Of a DNA stretch of 64,000 bases, positions 45,658 through 55,627 are shown piece by piece. Origin of the DNA: an uncultured Mycoplasmatota bacterium (GTDB taxonomy: Bacteria > Bacillota_I > Bacilli_A > RF39 > UBA660). A model generated the notes under the pieces. That model did not search any database. It was not told the origin of the DNA and worked only from the letters and a program-made list of their open reading frames with translations. Made by a program: the position numbers and the translations under genes. The stretch lies in contig URDT01000001.1 of NCBI GenBank assembly GCA_900546745.1, positions 5,799-69,798 of the forward strand. Reading direction: 5' to 3'. How positions within the stretch are numbered: the first letter of the stretch is position 1; each line of letters starts with the position of its first letter.

Positions 45658-46951
45658 TGTTGAATATCAAATATTTGCATGTATTATAATCAATTCTAGC
45701 TTATTAGATGAAATTAATTTAAAGGAAAAATATTTTGAAAACAAAAAAATACTTATTTGGCTTAAAAATTTATATAAGCAGTATGGATATCTAGACTTAG
45801 AGTTAATTACAAATTCTACAAGCAACTTTGAAAAAGCAACTGAATTTCTTAGTCAATGTATGAGTTATGAAATTAGTCCTAGAAATATATCTGGTTATTA
45901 TAAAAAATTAAAATCAGATTATTATAAACAGAAAATAAAGATATGTTTTGAAAAAATGATTCAAGATACAATTGATTACAAAACATTTTGTGATGAAATG
46001 TCAATTATTAGTGTTGATGATAGCGATAATTCAAATTTGCTAACTACTAATGATATCAAAATAGATGTAAAAGTAGAAAGAGAATATACAAATATTTCTG
46101 AATTGGATTATCTTCTTAAAGGAATCGAATATGGAAAATTAAGTTTATGGAGTGGTATTACTAATCATGGTAAAACAACACTAATGATTCAATTTGCTAA
46201 AGAATGTTTAAAACAACAAAAGAAAATATTTTATTTTAGTGGTGAACAATCCTCTAGCGAATTTAAAAATTATTTATATGTAGGTATGTGTACAAAAATT
46301 CAACTTGAATTTATTACTGATAGTCATAATTCAAAAATATATGATGTCAAACCAAAAGACGAAGTTATAGATTATTTTGATAATATTTATAAAAATAAGT
46401 TATTCTTATATGATAATGAAACCACAAATAATACTATTACAAATATGATTAAGACTATGGAATATGCTTTTAAGCAAGGTGTAAGAATATTCTTTATAGA
46501 TAATTTTATGCAGTTAGATAATAGTGAAAAATTAGAAGAGCAAACAAAAATTGTTGAAATGTTTAAAAGATTTGCGAGAGATAAAAATGTAATTATTAAT
46601 CTTGTCGCTCATCCAAGAAAGACACAATTTATGAAATGTAGATTAACAATATTTGATATAGCAGGAACTCAAAATATTGCTAATAAAAGTGCTAATATTT
46701 GTTCCATAATTAGAACCGATATATTGCCTATTTCAGAACGAGATGAAATTGAACGAGCATTATTTAATTCAGGATATAACATTGAAAAATGTGATGGTAT
46801 TGTTGAGGTTATAAAGACTAAAGGAAATAGTTGTAGAATGGTTGGTTTAATTTATGATGTAGATACAAAGACATATAAGGAAGCACCAAAATTGACTGAA
46901 CAAGAAAAAATATACTTAGAAAATAAGTTTAGTAAGAAAGGTGGAAGATGA
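45632..46951 (+). CDS. DnaB-like replicative helicase
   Basis: Walker A GITNHGKTTL, Walker B ...IFFIDNFMQL, and DnaB C-terminal architecture. Confidence 0.7.
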   Translation: MNIEQIHNNVEYQIFACIIINSSLLDEINLKEKYFENKKILIWLKNLYKQYGYLDLELITNSTSNFEKATEFLSQCMSYEISPRNISGYYKKLKSDYYKQKIKICFEKMIQDTIDYKTFCDEMSIISVDDSDNSNLLTTNDIKIDVKVEREYTNISELDYLLKGIEYGKLSLWSGITNHGKTTLMIQFAKECLKQQKKIFYFSGEQSSSEFKNYLYVGMCTKIQLEFITDSHNSKIYDVKPKDEVIDYFDNIYKNKLFLYDNETTNNTITNMIKTMEYAFKQGVRIFFIDNFMQLDNSEKLEEQTKIVEMFKRFARDKNVIINLVAHPRKTQFMKCRLTIFDIAGTQNIANKSANICSIIRTDILPISERDEIERALFNSGYNIEKCDGIVEVIKTKGNSCRMVGLIYDVDTKTYKEAPKLTEQEKIYLENKFSKKGGR

Positions 46952-47288
46952 AATGATTGAATTGATAGACTTATCAAATTGGAAAAAACAAAAGGAAATC
47001 TTGACAGATCTTCACCGTGAATATGGAATTAATATTTCTTCAAGAGAATGGCGAAATCAAATAGAAAAATGGAATGAAAAATTTGCTAATGGTGAAGTTG
47101 AATATTATATTACACATTCTAATTCAAAAGGATTTAAAGCTACAACAGATTATAAAGAAGCAAGAATTGCTAGAAATGATTACTTAAAAAGAGCTTTTAA
47201 TATGATGAGAAAAGCTCGTGCTTGTGATAAAGCATTTCAACAAAGAAGTAATTTTAAATTTGATTTTAATGAAGGAGTCATAAAATGA
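46941..47288 (+). CDS. Hypothetical phage protein
   Basis: ORF only. Confidence 0.3.
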   Translation: MEDEMIELIDLSNWKKQKEILTDLHREYGINISSREWRNQIEKWNEKFANGEVEYYITHSNSKGFKATTDYKEARIARNDYLKRAFNMMRKARACDKAFQQRSNFKFDFNEGVIK

Positions 47289-47583
47289 ACAAATCAACAA
47301 AAATAACAGATAGTCAATTAAAAAAATTATTGAAAGATAATTCTGTAAGAAAAATAATCTATATGCATATAGAAGGTACTATATCGTTGAATTCTAAACA
47401 ATTAGATTATTTATTGAATTTAGAACATGAAATACTTTAATGAAAATATAGAATACAGTAAAGATTGGCTATTACAAGAAATAATTAAAACTGATTTTGA
47501 ACAAAGGAAAACAAATCAAATTCAATATGTAAAAATGACTAAAATAGATTTATTAAGATTAGTACAAAAATTTATAAAACTGA

Positions 47584-48372
47584 ATGAAAAAGGAGAGTGA
47601 AATATTGGAAAAGAAAATAAGATGTTTGAAACCAGAAGAAATTGAAATAAGAGTTCAACAAGTTACTGAAAAAGGGGCACAATTATTGCTTTATAAAGAC
47701 AGTAGATGTGATAAAAGAATACTTGATGAAACATTTGGAATCTTCGGATGGAAAGATAGGTATGAAGAAATAAAAGGAAATTTATTTTGTACAATATCAA
47801 TTTATGATGATGAAAAACAACAATGGATTGATAAATGTGACTGTGGAACAGAGTCTTTTAGTGAAAAAGAAAAAGGTGAAGCAAGTGATGCATTTAAAAG
47901 AGCAGGATTTAATGTTGGTATAGGCAGAGAATTATATACAAGAATATTTTATTTCGCTAGTGTACCTACAAAGAAAAATGATAAAGGTAAATATGATTTA
48001 GCTAATAAATATGAAAAATTTACAGTTGCTGAAATATCAACAAATGAAGAAACTGAAAAAATAGAAAAGATTAAAATTGCTGATAGCAAAGGCAATATTG
48101 TATTTAGTTATGGTTATCCTAAAACATCAACAAAGACTGAAACAAAAAAATTGGACAAGCCAGTTGAAATGATTGATGCTAATCAAATAAAAGTAATTCA
48201 TACTTTATTTACTAAAATTGAAAAATCAGAATCACAAGTATTTAAAAATTTCACAAATGATAAAGCAAAAGAAAATGTATACAATCAATATAAAGTAAAA
48301 TCTTCAAAAGAATTAACAAAAGAAAATGCAAATAAAATGATTGATTTGTTAAAGAAAAAAGTTGGTGAATAG
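47584..48372 (+). CDS. Rad52/Sak-family single-strand annealing protein
   Basis: ...EKGEASDAFKRAGFNVGIGRELY matches the phage Rad52-like (Sak) motif. A nuclease gene follows. Confidence 0.5.
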   Translation: MKKESEILEKKIRCLKPEEIEIRVQQVTEKGAQLLLYKDSRCDKRILDETFGIFGWKDRYEEIKGNLFCTISIYDDEKQQWIDKCDCGTESFSEKEKGEASDAFKRAGFNVGIGRELYTRIFYFASVPTKKNDKGKYDLANKYEKFTVAEISTNEETEKIEKIKIADSKGNIVFSYGYPKTSTKTETKKLDKPVEMIDANQIKVIHTLFTKIEKSESQVFKNFTNDKAKENVYNQYKVKSSKELTKENANKMIDLLKKKVGE

Positions 48373-48374
48373 TT

Positions 48375-49196
48375 ATGAAGGAGGAATATAGACCTAAAAA
48401 AACAAAAATCGAACTATATCATGATCACTTTGAAAATGCTAAAACATATCAAATACCACATGCACAATTAATTATAGCAGATATTCCTTATAATCTAGGA
48501 AATAATGCATATGCAAGTAATCCACAATGGTATGTTGATGGCGATAATAAAAATGGAGAAAGTAAACTTGCTGGAAAAAGTTTCTTTGATACAGATAACG
48601 ATTTCAAAATAAATAATTTCTTTGATTTTTGCACTAGATATTTAAACAAAGAACCAAAATCGGGGGGGCAAAGGGGAAGAAGTTCCGATGCTCCAGCAAT
48701 GATAGTATTTTGTGCATTTGAACAAATACCGATGGTAATAGAACAAGGCAAAAAACATGGCTTAATGAAAAGTTATCCGTTAGTTTTTATTAAAAATTAT
48801 TCGAGCCAAGTTTTAAAAGCAAATATGAAAATTGTAGGAGCAACTGAGTATGCCGTAGTTCTTTATAGAGAAAAGTTACCAAAATTTAATAATATTGATG
48901 AATTCGGAATAAATCATATGATATTTAATTGGTTTGAATGGAGAAAGGATGGCAAGGAAATACCGAAAATACATCCAACACAAAAGCCAGTAAATCTATT
49001 AAAACAACTTATTAAAATATTTACTGATGAGGGTGATGTAGTAATAGACCCTGTGGCTGGTAGTGGTAGCACATTAAGGGCTTGTGCTGAATTAAATAGA
49101 AGTTGTTATGGCTTTGAAATAAAAAGAGATTTTGTTAAAAGAGCAAAGGAAGAAATGCTTTCAAATATTGAAAAACAACAAACATTATTTGATTGA
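48375..49196 (+). CDS. DNA methyltransferase (N6-adenine/N4-cytosine, beta-class)
   Basis: Motif IV IADIPYN precedes motif I VIDPVAGSGST, with HPTQKP between them. Confidence 0.8.
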   Translation: MKEEYRPKKTKIELYHDHFENAKTYQIPHAQLIIADIPYNLGNNAYASNPQWYVDGDNKNGESKLAGKSFFDTDNDFKINNFFDFCTRYLNKEPKSGGQRGRSSDAPAMIVFCAFEQIPMVIEQGKKHGLMKSYPLVFIKNYSSQVLKANMKIVGATEYAVVLYREKLPKFNNIDEFGINHMIFNWFEWRKDGKEIPKIHPTQKPVNLLKQLIKIFTDEGDVVIDPVAGSGSTLRACAELNRSCYGFEIKRDFVKRAKEEMLSNIEKQQTLFD

Positions 49197-49211
49197 GGAG
49201 TTGATAAAGCA

Positions 49212-49859
49212 ATGGCATTAAAAGTATTAGTTGCATGTGAAGAAAGTCAAGCAGTTACTATTGAATTAAGAAAACTTGGTGTCGAGGCATATAGTTGTGA
49301 TTTATTACCTTGCAGTGGTGGACATCCTGAATGGCATTTGCAACAAGATGCAATACCTTTATTAGAACAAGAATGGGATATGATTATAGCATTCCCACCA
49401 TGTACTCATCTTGCTGTAAGCGGAGCAAGACATTTTGAACAAAAAAGAAAAGATGGAAGACAACAACAAGGTATAGATTTCTTTATGAAATTTGTTAATT
49501 GTAAATGTAAACATGTTTGTATTGAAAATCCAATCGGGATAATGAGTTCCATTTATAGAAAACCTAACCAAATTATCCAACCATATATGTTCGGCGATAA
49601 ATTTACAAAATCAACTTGCTTGTGGTTAAAAGGTTTACCAAATTTAAAACCTACTAATATAGTAGAAAAAGGTGAATTTTATGAATGGATTGATAAAAAT
49701 GGGAAATGTAAAAGGCAAGCAAAATGGTTCTTCGATGCTTTGAAAAACGCAAAAACAAATGAAGAAAGAAGTATTATTAGAAGCAAAACATTTCCAGGAA
49801 TTGCTAAAGCAATGGCAACTCAATTTGTTCAATATTTAGAGGAGAAACTAGATGAGTAA
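49212..49859 (+). CDS. Hypothetical protein with a C5-MTase-like PC motif
   Basis: ...IIAFPPCTHLAVSGAR... resembles motif IV of cytosine-5 MTases, but the protein is only 215 aa. Confidence 0.3.
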   Translation: MALKVLVACEESQAVTIELRKLGVEAYSCDLLPCSGGHPEWHLQQDAIPLLEQEWDMIIAFPPCTHLAVSGARHFEQKRKDGRQQQGIDFFMKFVNCKCKHVCIENPIGIMSSIYRKPNQIIQPYMFGDKFTKSTCLWLKGLPNLKPTNIVEKGEFYEWIDKNGKCKRQAKWFFDALKNAKTNEERSIIRSKTFPGIAKAMATQFVQYLEEKLDE

Positions 49860-50760
49860 GATTACTAATAAATTAAATTTACCTAAACAACTTGTTGATT
49901 TAATAAGCAATGACTATCAACCAAAAGAACATCAATATTCTTGTACTACTATTTTAAAACCAACAAGACAAGTAATTCTTGAAAGAAGACACAATAACGA
50001 AATAGAACAAGATGTATCAGAAATGGTATGGTGTATTTTTGGAATTTTAGCACATAGTGTTATTGAAAATTCACAAGAAGATGTAGGACAATTCAAAGAA
50101 GAAAAATTAAAAGTAGATTTAGGTAAATATTGTAAAGAACTTGAAGGTTATTACTTAAGTGGCCGTTCAGATATGATTGATTTACTAGATAAGTGTATAA
50201 CAGACTGGAAAACGGCAAGTTGCTGGAAAGTAATTTATAAAGATTTTGAAGATTGGCGAAAGGAAATGTTGATATATGCTTGGGCAGTTAAAGACATGGG
50301 ATTTGAAATAGATAAAGCACAAGCAATAGCATTCTTAAAAGACTACAATAAAACAAAAGCAAAAGTTGATAGCTCATATCCGCAATTACCTGTATGGGTA
50401 GAAAAATTTAAATTTTGTGATAAAGATTTTAAAGAAATAGAAGAATTTATAAAAAATAGATTCTTAGAATTAAAAAAATATGAAGATGTTCCGGATGAAG
50501 AACTTCCAATGTGTAGCATGGAAGAAAGATGGAACGATGGAAACAAATATATAGTTATTAAAAAAGGTAATAAGAGGGCAACTAAAATACATGAAACATT
50601 AGAAGAAGCACAAAAACATTTAGATAATTTAGAAAAAGAGTATCCAAATGTATATGAAATACAAGAACGATTGGGTGAAGATAAAAAATGCCTTGAATAT
50701 TGCTCGTGTTGCAAATTTTGCCCTTATTATCAAGAAAAATATATGAAGGGTGATGAATAA
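49852..50760 (+). CDS. PD-(D/E)XK nuclease with C-terminal Cys cluster (Cas4/RecB-like)
   Basis: ...GRSDMIDLLDKCITDWKT... core, one N-terminal Cys, and C-terminal CLEYCSCCKFC. Positioned after the annealing protein. Confidence 0.45.
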   Translation: MSKITNKLNLPKQLVDLISNDYQPKEHQYSCTTILKPTRQVILERRHNNEIEQDVSEMVWCIFGILAHSVIENSQEDVGQFKEEKLKVDLGKYCKELEGYYLSGRSDMIDLLDKCITDWKTASCWKVIYKDFEDWRKEMLIYAWAVKDMGFEIDKAQAIAFLKDYNKTKAKVDSSYPQLPVWVEKFKFCDKDFKEIEEFIKNRFLELKKYEDVPDEELPMCSMEERWNDGNKYIVIKKGNKRATKIHETLEEAQKHLDNLEKEYPNVYEIQERLGEDKKCLEYCSCCKFCPYYQEKYMKGDE

Positions 50761-51008
50761 TGATTGAAACAGGTATCATATTAAAAAATAAATATTTAGT
50801 AAAGCAAATGCCAAAAACAAAAGCAATGGCTTGGGAAAAGATAAAGGCTGGAGATGTTATTGAAATTACATTAGAATTAACTTGGCGTAGAAGTGGTGAT
50901 AACCATTGTTTAACCGCCTACTATCCATTAATTAATGGAATAGGAACTGGAATACCAACGATAAATAAATTAATTGAAAAAGGTATGATTTTGGAGGAAA
51001 TAAAATGA
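50760..51008 (+). CDS. Hypothetical phage protein
   Basis: ORF only. Confidence 0.3.
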   Translation: MIETGIILKNKYLVKQMPKTKAMAWEKIKAGDVIEITLELTWRRSGDNHCLTAYYPLINGIGTGIPTINKLIEKGMILEEIK

Positions 51009-51361
51009 AAAGTAATAATGTAACAATAAGCCTAGAAGAATATAAGGAATTATTATTAAATAAAGATAATCAATTAAGGGATAATGAAAAAATGTTATTC
51101 GATAAAATGATTGACTATATAAAAGAACATGTTAAATATGATAAAGACGGTTGGAATACTGTTAAAGGATTAGAATTTAAAAATTTTAAAGAAGATGAAT
51201 TATTAAGAATGATTCAATACATTGATAGTTATTTGTTTTTAGATATATATAAATATGCAACAGATAAGTTATATAAAGAAGAACAAGATAGATTAAAAAT
51301 GGAAAAAGCAAGAGCTATGAAAGATTTAAAACAAGAATTAAAGAAAGATGAGGAAGAATAA
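51005..51361 (+). CDS. Hypothetical phage protein
   Basis: ORF only. Confidence 0.3.
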   Translation: MKSNNVTISLEEYKELLLNKDNQLRDNEKMLFDKMIDYIKEHVKYDKDGWNTVKGLEFKNFKEDELLRMIQYIDSYLFLDIYKYATDKLYKEEQDRLKMEKARAMKDLKQELKKDEEE

Positions 51362-51363
51362 TT

Positions 51364-51876
51364 ATGAAATTAAAAGTTGGAGATAAAGTAAAATTAAAAA
51401 ATAGAAGAGGTAAAGGATGGAATAGTGGCGGTATGATGGATAAATATATTGGTAAGATTGTTACTGTATCTTATATAACTCTTGGGAATGGTTTTACAAT
51501 TAAAGAAGACGACGGCAGAGGATTTCCTCGATGGGTGTTTCGTCTAGAAGATATTGAATATGTAGTAAAACAAAAACATTTTAAATCATTGCCGAACAAC
51601 TTTACAGGAACAATAGAAGTGGAAAATGGTTTTATTCAAGAAAAAGGAATACTTGATGAAACAGAAAAAAGATATTTAAAATCTATTATTAGACCATTTA
51701 AAAACAAAGTCAACCACATTTCTAAAGAAGATTGTTATGACGGAGATTGTTATATTTCTATTGAATTAGATGATGAAGAACATATTAGTTTGCCATATTT
51801 TAAAAAAGGAACTATGTATAACGGCATGGAAGAAAATAAAAAATACGCATTAAAGGAGTTGGGATTAGATGTTTAA
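51364..51876 (+). CDS. Hypothetical phage protein
   Basis: ORF only. Confidence 0.3.
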   Translation: MKLKVGDKVKLKNRRGKGWNSGGMMDKYIGKIVTVSYITLGNGFTIKEDDGRGFPRWVFRLEDIEYVVKQKHFKSLPNNFTGTIEVENGFIQEKGILDETEKRYLKSIIRPFKNKVNHISKEDCYDGDCYISIELDDEEHISLPYFKKGTMYNGMEENKKYALKELGLDV

Positions 51877-52267
51877 TAAAGTAACTTTAGTAGGAAGAAT
51901 ATCTACAGATTTAGAATTAAGATATACAGGTTCAAATAAAGCATATTGCAGATTTAATCTAGCAGTAAATAGAATGAATGAGGGTACAGATTTTATTCCA
52001 GTAACAGTTTGGGGAAAACCTGCTGAAAATCTTGTCAGCTATCAAAATAAGGGTAGTTTAATACTTGTTGATGGTTCAATTAGTATGAGTAATTATACTG
52101 ATAAAGATGGAAATAATAGAACATCATTTGAAGTAATGACAAACAATGTACAATTCTTAGGTAGTAAAAAGACTAATAATGATGAAATTACAACAGAACA
52201 AGTAGAAGAAGATCCTTTTGAAGACTTTGGTGAGAGTGTTTCTATAGATGATAACTTTTTAGAATAA
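51869..52267 (+). CDS. ssb: Single-stranded DNA-binding protein
   Basis: OB-fold SSB pattern NKVTLVGRISTDLELRYTGSNKAYCRFNLAVNR...FIPVTVWGKPAE and an acidic tail. Confidence 0.75.
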   Translation: MFNKVTLVGRISTDLELRYTGSNKAYCRFNLAVNRMNEGTDFIPVTVWGKPAENLVSYQNKGSLILVDGSISMSNYTDKDGNNRTSFEVMTNNVQFLGSKKTNNDEITTEQVEEDPFEDFGESVSIDDNFLE

Positions 52268-52273
52268 AATATT

Positions 52274-52723
52274 ATGCCAGAAGAATCTATAAATATAATA
52301 GAAAATATTATACAAGCAGTATCGATATTAAATAAAACTGATGAATATTTAGAAAGTCTAACAACTAGGCTTTCTGAATGTGACAGTTTAGTAAGTGATT
52401 ATGAACATTTTATAGAAAATACACCAATAGAAGAAGTCAATTTAGAAAAATTGTATCAAAATATGCAAAAGAATTTTATTAAAAGAAGAGATATTAAAAA
52501 TAATATAGCAATTAATAATAATTATAAAAATTTAACATCAAGATTAAATAATGCATCTAATAGAGAATTTTTAATTCAAAATTTAAAAAATGTACAATCT
52601 AAATTAGGAATGAAATATCATAATAGAAAATTGACTCAAGATGAAATCGCAAAACTAAAGGAAGTAAAAATTGAGGAAAAGAAAAAAAGAGGAAGACCTA
52701 AAAAGGTGAAAGAAGGGGTATAA
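52274..52723 (+). CDS. Hypothetical protein with C-terminal AT-hook (KKKRGRPKK)
   Basis: An RGRPKK motif is visible. Confidence 0.3.
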   Translation: MPEESINIIENIIQAVSILNKTDEYLESLTTRLSECDSLVSDYEHFIENTPIEEVNLEKLYQNMQKNFIKRRDIKNNIAINNNYKNLTSRLNNASNREFLIQNLKNVQSKLGMKYHNRKLTQDEIAKLKEVKIEEKKKRGRPKKVKEGV

Positions 52724-53044
52724 ATGGATTGTATACCATACATTAATGATTTAATGATTGAAATAGATATACTAGAAAAATTTGATAGTAGTGATCCAAA
52801 AGTTATTAATAAGATAAATGAAAAGAAAAATTTACTTGAAGAATGTAAAATTAATTTATCGAAATTATCTAAGAATAGTATAGAGTATAGAATATATTTG
52901 TATTACTTGAATGGAATGTCTATTAATAAAGCCATACAAAAAGTGGCAGATGAAAATTATAAAAATGATATAAAGCCTTTTACTGAAAGAGCAATATATA
53001 AAAATTATTATAAAAATTTAAAAAAATTTATAAAAGTTCATTAA
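52724..53044 (+). CDS. Putative phage late-gene regulator (sigma-70 region-4-like HTH)
   Basis: ...SIEYRIYLYYLNGMSINKAIQKVA resembles sigma r4/ArpU-type HTH. Position after ssb is where late regulators usually sit. Confidence 0.3.
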   Translation: MDCIPYINDLMIEIDILEKFDSSDPKVINKINEKKNLLEECKINLSKLSKNSIEYRIYLYYLNGMSINKAIQKVADENYKNDIKPFTERAIYKNYYKNLKKFIKVH

Positions 53045-53169
53045 AAGTTCAGTAAAAATACTGATATATTATAATTGTGATAGAGATATCACGTGTGGTG
53101 TATAAGCATCACCTCCTTTCTAGTTAATGTGGGAAAGTATAATCTCCTTTCGTACTTTCCTCCTATATT

Positions 53170-53246
53170 ACTCTCGAGTGAAACGGATGATCACGACAGG
53201 TTCATACCCTGTAAATAGCAAGTTCGACTCTTGCGAGAGCAACCAA
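53170..53246 (+). tRNA. tRNA with CAT anticodon (Met/fMet or Ile2-lysidine), phage-encoded
   Basis: Hand-folded: acceptor tactctc/gagagca with one A-C mismatch at 2-71, anticodon loop ttCATac, T-loop ttcgact, CCA encoded. Confidence 0.7.
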
Positions 53247-53250
53247 TATT

Positions 53251-53326
53251 GCCCTTTGGTGGAATTGGCAACACATCGCACTTTGAATGCGAAGAGTCTA
53301 GGTTCGAACCCTAGAGGGGCAACCAA
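53251..53326 (+). tRNA. tRNA-Gln (anticodon TTG), phage-encoded
   Basis: Acceptor tgccctt/aggggca, anticodon stem tcgca/tgcga with loop ctTTGaa, T-loop ttcgaac, CCA encoded. Confidence 0.75.
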
Positions 53327-53330
53327 TATT

Positions 53331-54513
53331 AAGTGTTATCTTTATAGGTAGCAACAGAGCAATATTTATTGGTTTTAATTATTTTTCTTTTCTTACGCCT
53401 TTAAATTTTGTTCTGTTGGTGTCTATAAGGCACTAATTAAAGACCTTGATAGACTTTTGGTTAACATGTAGAAACTAAAAGAACATATTAAGGCAAACTA
53501 CCTTTAACAGGTAGTGTCTAGTGATATGTAAGATGAATAGTTTAAGTGCTAAAACATTCCAGTATGAAAGAGTGCTGGGAAGATTAAGGTTGAATGCCTT
53601 ATGAGATAATATCAAAGTCATCATATCATTAGACAGTACTTATTAAAGTGCTAGGTAAAACAGCCACACCTTGCTAGACCAAGCACAACGAAGTTAGGCT
53701 GAACAAGTTTAGATGATTTGTCAGTTAGGAAACTGTCAGTATTTCATACTAATATGAAAAGGTCATGCTATCTTTATAGGTAGCATAGAGTAGATATAAA
53801 GTAATCGTCCTAGTTAAGTAAGTAATTAAAAGTGGGAAAGTTTGCAAGTCTAGAATTACATTCAACAACACTGATAATGAAATGGTTGGAAGAGGTATTT
53901 CACTTCTTAAATATGCTTAGCTTATATCTATTCTATGGTGCTTATAAAATAATGGAGCAGAGGGTTACAGATAGTGTTGCTAACACTTGAGTACTTCTAC
54001 GGAAATAGACGAACTGACGAGTTTGTTAAAGCCTTAAAGCACTAAATACTATCTCTAGTAGGTAGTGTACTGATGATATATACCCTAGACTATGAAATTA
54101 TTCTGTAGCCGACATTAAAGGTAATACTAGTTAATATCATTAGTACAGTACTTATTAAAGTACTATGCTCAATTTATTTCTCACAAGAGAAAAAATATTC
54201 TAGGAGAGAAGATAGAGAGGGCTCCATTGTCTAGAATTAAAATCGACAAATCAAAACCTGTTAATACTATCTTAGTGGGTAGTGTCTAGTGATATATAAA
54301 AGTTTAGGGGCAAAAGGTAATAAAGTAAGTTAATAGTGTGGTTTCTATACTTACAATTCTCTTGGAGGACACCACAAAGTGTTATAGGCATATAACATAA
54401 ACCTTTATATCATTAGACAGTATCTATTAAAGATACTAGTAAAACAATATACCTATTGAGAACATAGTAGGCCATCTAGCAACATTGGACCTAGTTGTTA
54501 TATTGTTTTATTA
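53331..54513 (+). repeat. ORF-free block of interspersed repeated motifs with conserved hairpins
   Basis: Motif A (g)gtagtgtctagtgatat at 53509, 54060 and 54278. Motif B atcattag(a)cagtacttattaaagtact at 53625, 54137 and 54410. Motif C tctttataggtagca at 53337 and 53768. Motif D gtctagaatta at 53847 and 54227. Confidence 0.6.
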
Positions 54514-54515
54514 TT

Positions 54516-54602
54516 TGCTCGTGTGTTGAAATTGGTAAACAAGACGGACTTAAAATCCGTTGGGAGTTATCCCTTATAGGTTCAAGTCCTATTACGAGCA
54601 CC
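54516..54602 (+). tRNA. tRNA-Leu (anticodon TAA), phage-encoded
   Basis: Acceptor gctcgtg/tacgagc, anticodon stem acgga/tccgt with loop ctTAAaa, long variable arm, T-loop ttcaagt, CCA. Confidence 0.8.
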
Positions 54603-54644
54603 AAATTAGATAATTGAAGGGAGAATACAATAATTCTCTCTTTT

Positions 54645-55088
54645 TTGATAGAAAGTAGGAAAATAATGATTAAATTTATAGTATCTGGAAAGCCACAGGG
54701 AAAGGCAAGACCTAGATTTCGTAAAATAGGCAATTATGTATCAACGTATAATCCAAAACAAACAACAGAATATGAAAAATTAGTTAAATTATCTGCAATA
54801 GAGCAATGTAAAGACCAACTTAATAAAGAATATATTGGACTTGTAAAAATGTCTATAAAAGCCTATTTTAAGCCAAATAAGAGTATATCTAAAAAACAAC
54901 ATAATTTATTAATTGGAACTGAGCATCTAAAAAAACCTGACAGTGATAATATAGCAAAAATAATATGTGATTCACTCAACGGTATAGCATATAAAGATGA
55001 TTCACAAGTGGCTTATTTAGAAATAGAAAAATATTACGCAGAAGAAGAAGGAGTGGAAGTGATTATAGAATATGGAAATAATAATTAA
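54645..55088 (+). CDS. rusA: RusA-family Holliday junction resolvase
   Basis: GKPQGKARPRF...YNPK and KPDSDNIAKIICDSLNGIAYKDDSQV are the RusA signatures. Confidence 0.85.
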   Translation: MIESRKIMIKFIVSGKPQGKARPRFRKIGNYVSTYNPKQTTEYEKLVKLSAIEQCKDQLNKEYIGLVKMSIKAYFKPNKSISKKQHNLLIGTEHLKKPDSDNIAKIICDSLNGIAYKDDSQVAYLEIEKYYAEEEGVEVIIEYGNNN

Positions 55089-55398
55089 AGCTTTAATAAT
55101 AACAATATTTACTGGAATGTGTTGTTATTGTATAAGTCAAAGCATAAATAAAGATTTATTAAAAGAACTAGATAAACAGAAACAGTTAAATAAACAAATT
55201 TTAGGATTATATCAAAATGAACATGATAAAACAGATACATTATATAAAATAATATTTCATATTAGGAAACAATTATCTTTATTAAAATTGAAAGAATGCT
55301 CAGAAGAAGAACTCAAAAACATACCATTTGAAATAATTAATTGGATTGATATGTTAGAAAAAGTTAATAATGGTGATGATGATGTCTTACATAAGTAA
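55072..55398 (+). CDS. Hypothetical phage protein (N-terminal TM)
   Basis: ORF only. Confidence 0.3.
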   Translation: MEIIIKALIITIFTGMCCYCISQSINKDLLKELDKQKQLNKQILGLYQNEHDKTDTLYKIIFHIRKQLSLLKLKECSEEELKNIPFEIINWIDMLEKVNNGDDDVLHK

Positions 55399-55627
55399 AT
55401 ATGATAGAACGTTTATTTCTTTTATGAATAAGAAATACAAAAAACATAGTGTTTGTTTTGAATTTATAGATGATTATAGATTATGGCTTTATGAAGATTA
55501 TTGTGTATATGATAGCGTTTTATACTATAAACAAATGGAAAAAGATTTACAGGAATATAGCGATTTTCAAACTGGAAAAGAAAGAGATAAGAGAGGTAAG
55601 TTAGATGGCAACTGGGAAAAAGATTAA
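55370..55627 (+). CDS. Hypothetical phage protein
   Basis: ORF only. Confidence 0.3.
   Translation: MVMMMSYISKYDRTFISFMNKKYKKHSVCFEFIDDYRLWLYEDYCVYDSVLYYKQMEKDLQEYSDFQTGKERDKRGKLDGNWEKD

Noticed and set aside
53400-54500. Additional tRNA genes (e.g. a TGA suppressor) in the ORF-free block
   Set aside because: No segment folds into a cloverleaf with a T-loop (GTTCRANYC) and matching acceptor stems. Only the three tRNAs listed were convincing by hand-folding. A dedicated tRNA search should still be run.
53331-54513. CRISPR array in the ORF-free repeat block
   Set aside because: The repeats are not regularly spaced, are not identical direct repeats separated by unique spacers of uniform length, and no cas genes are nearby.
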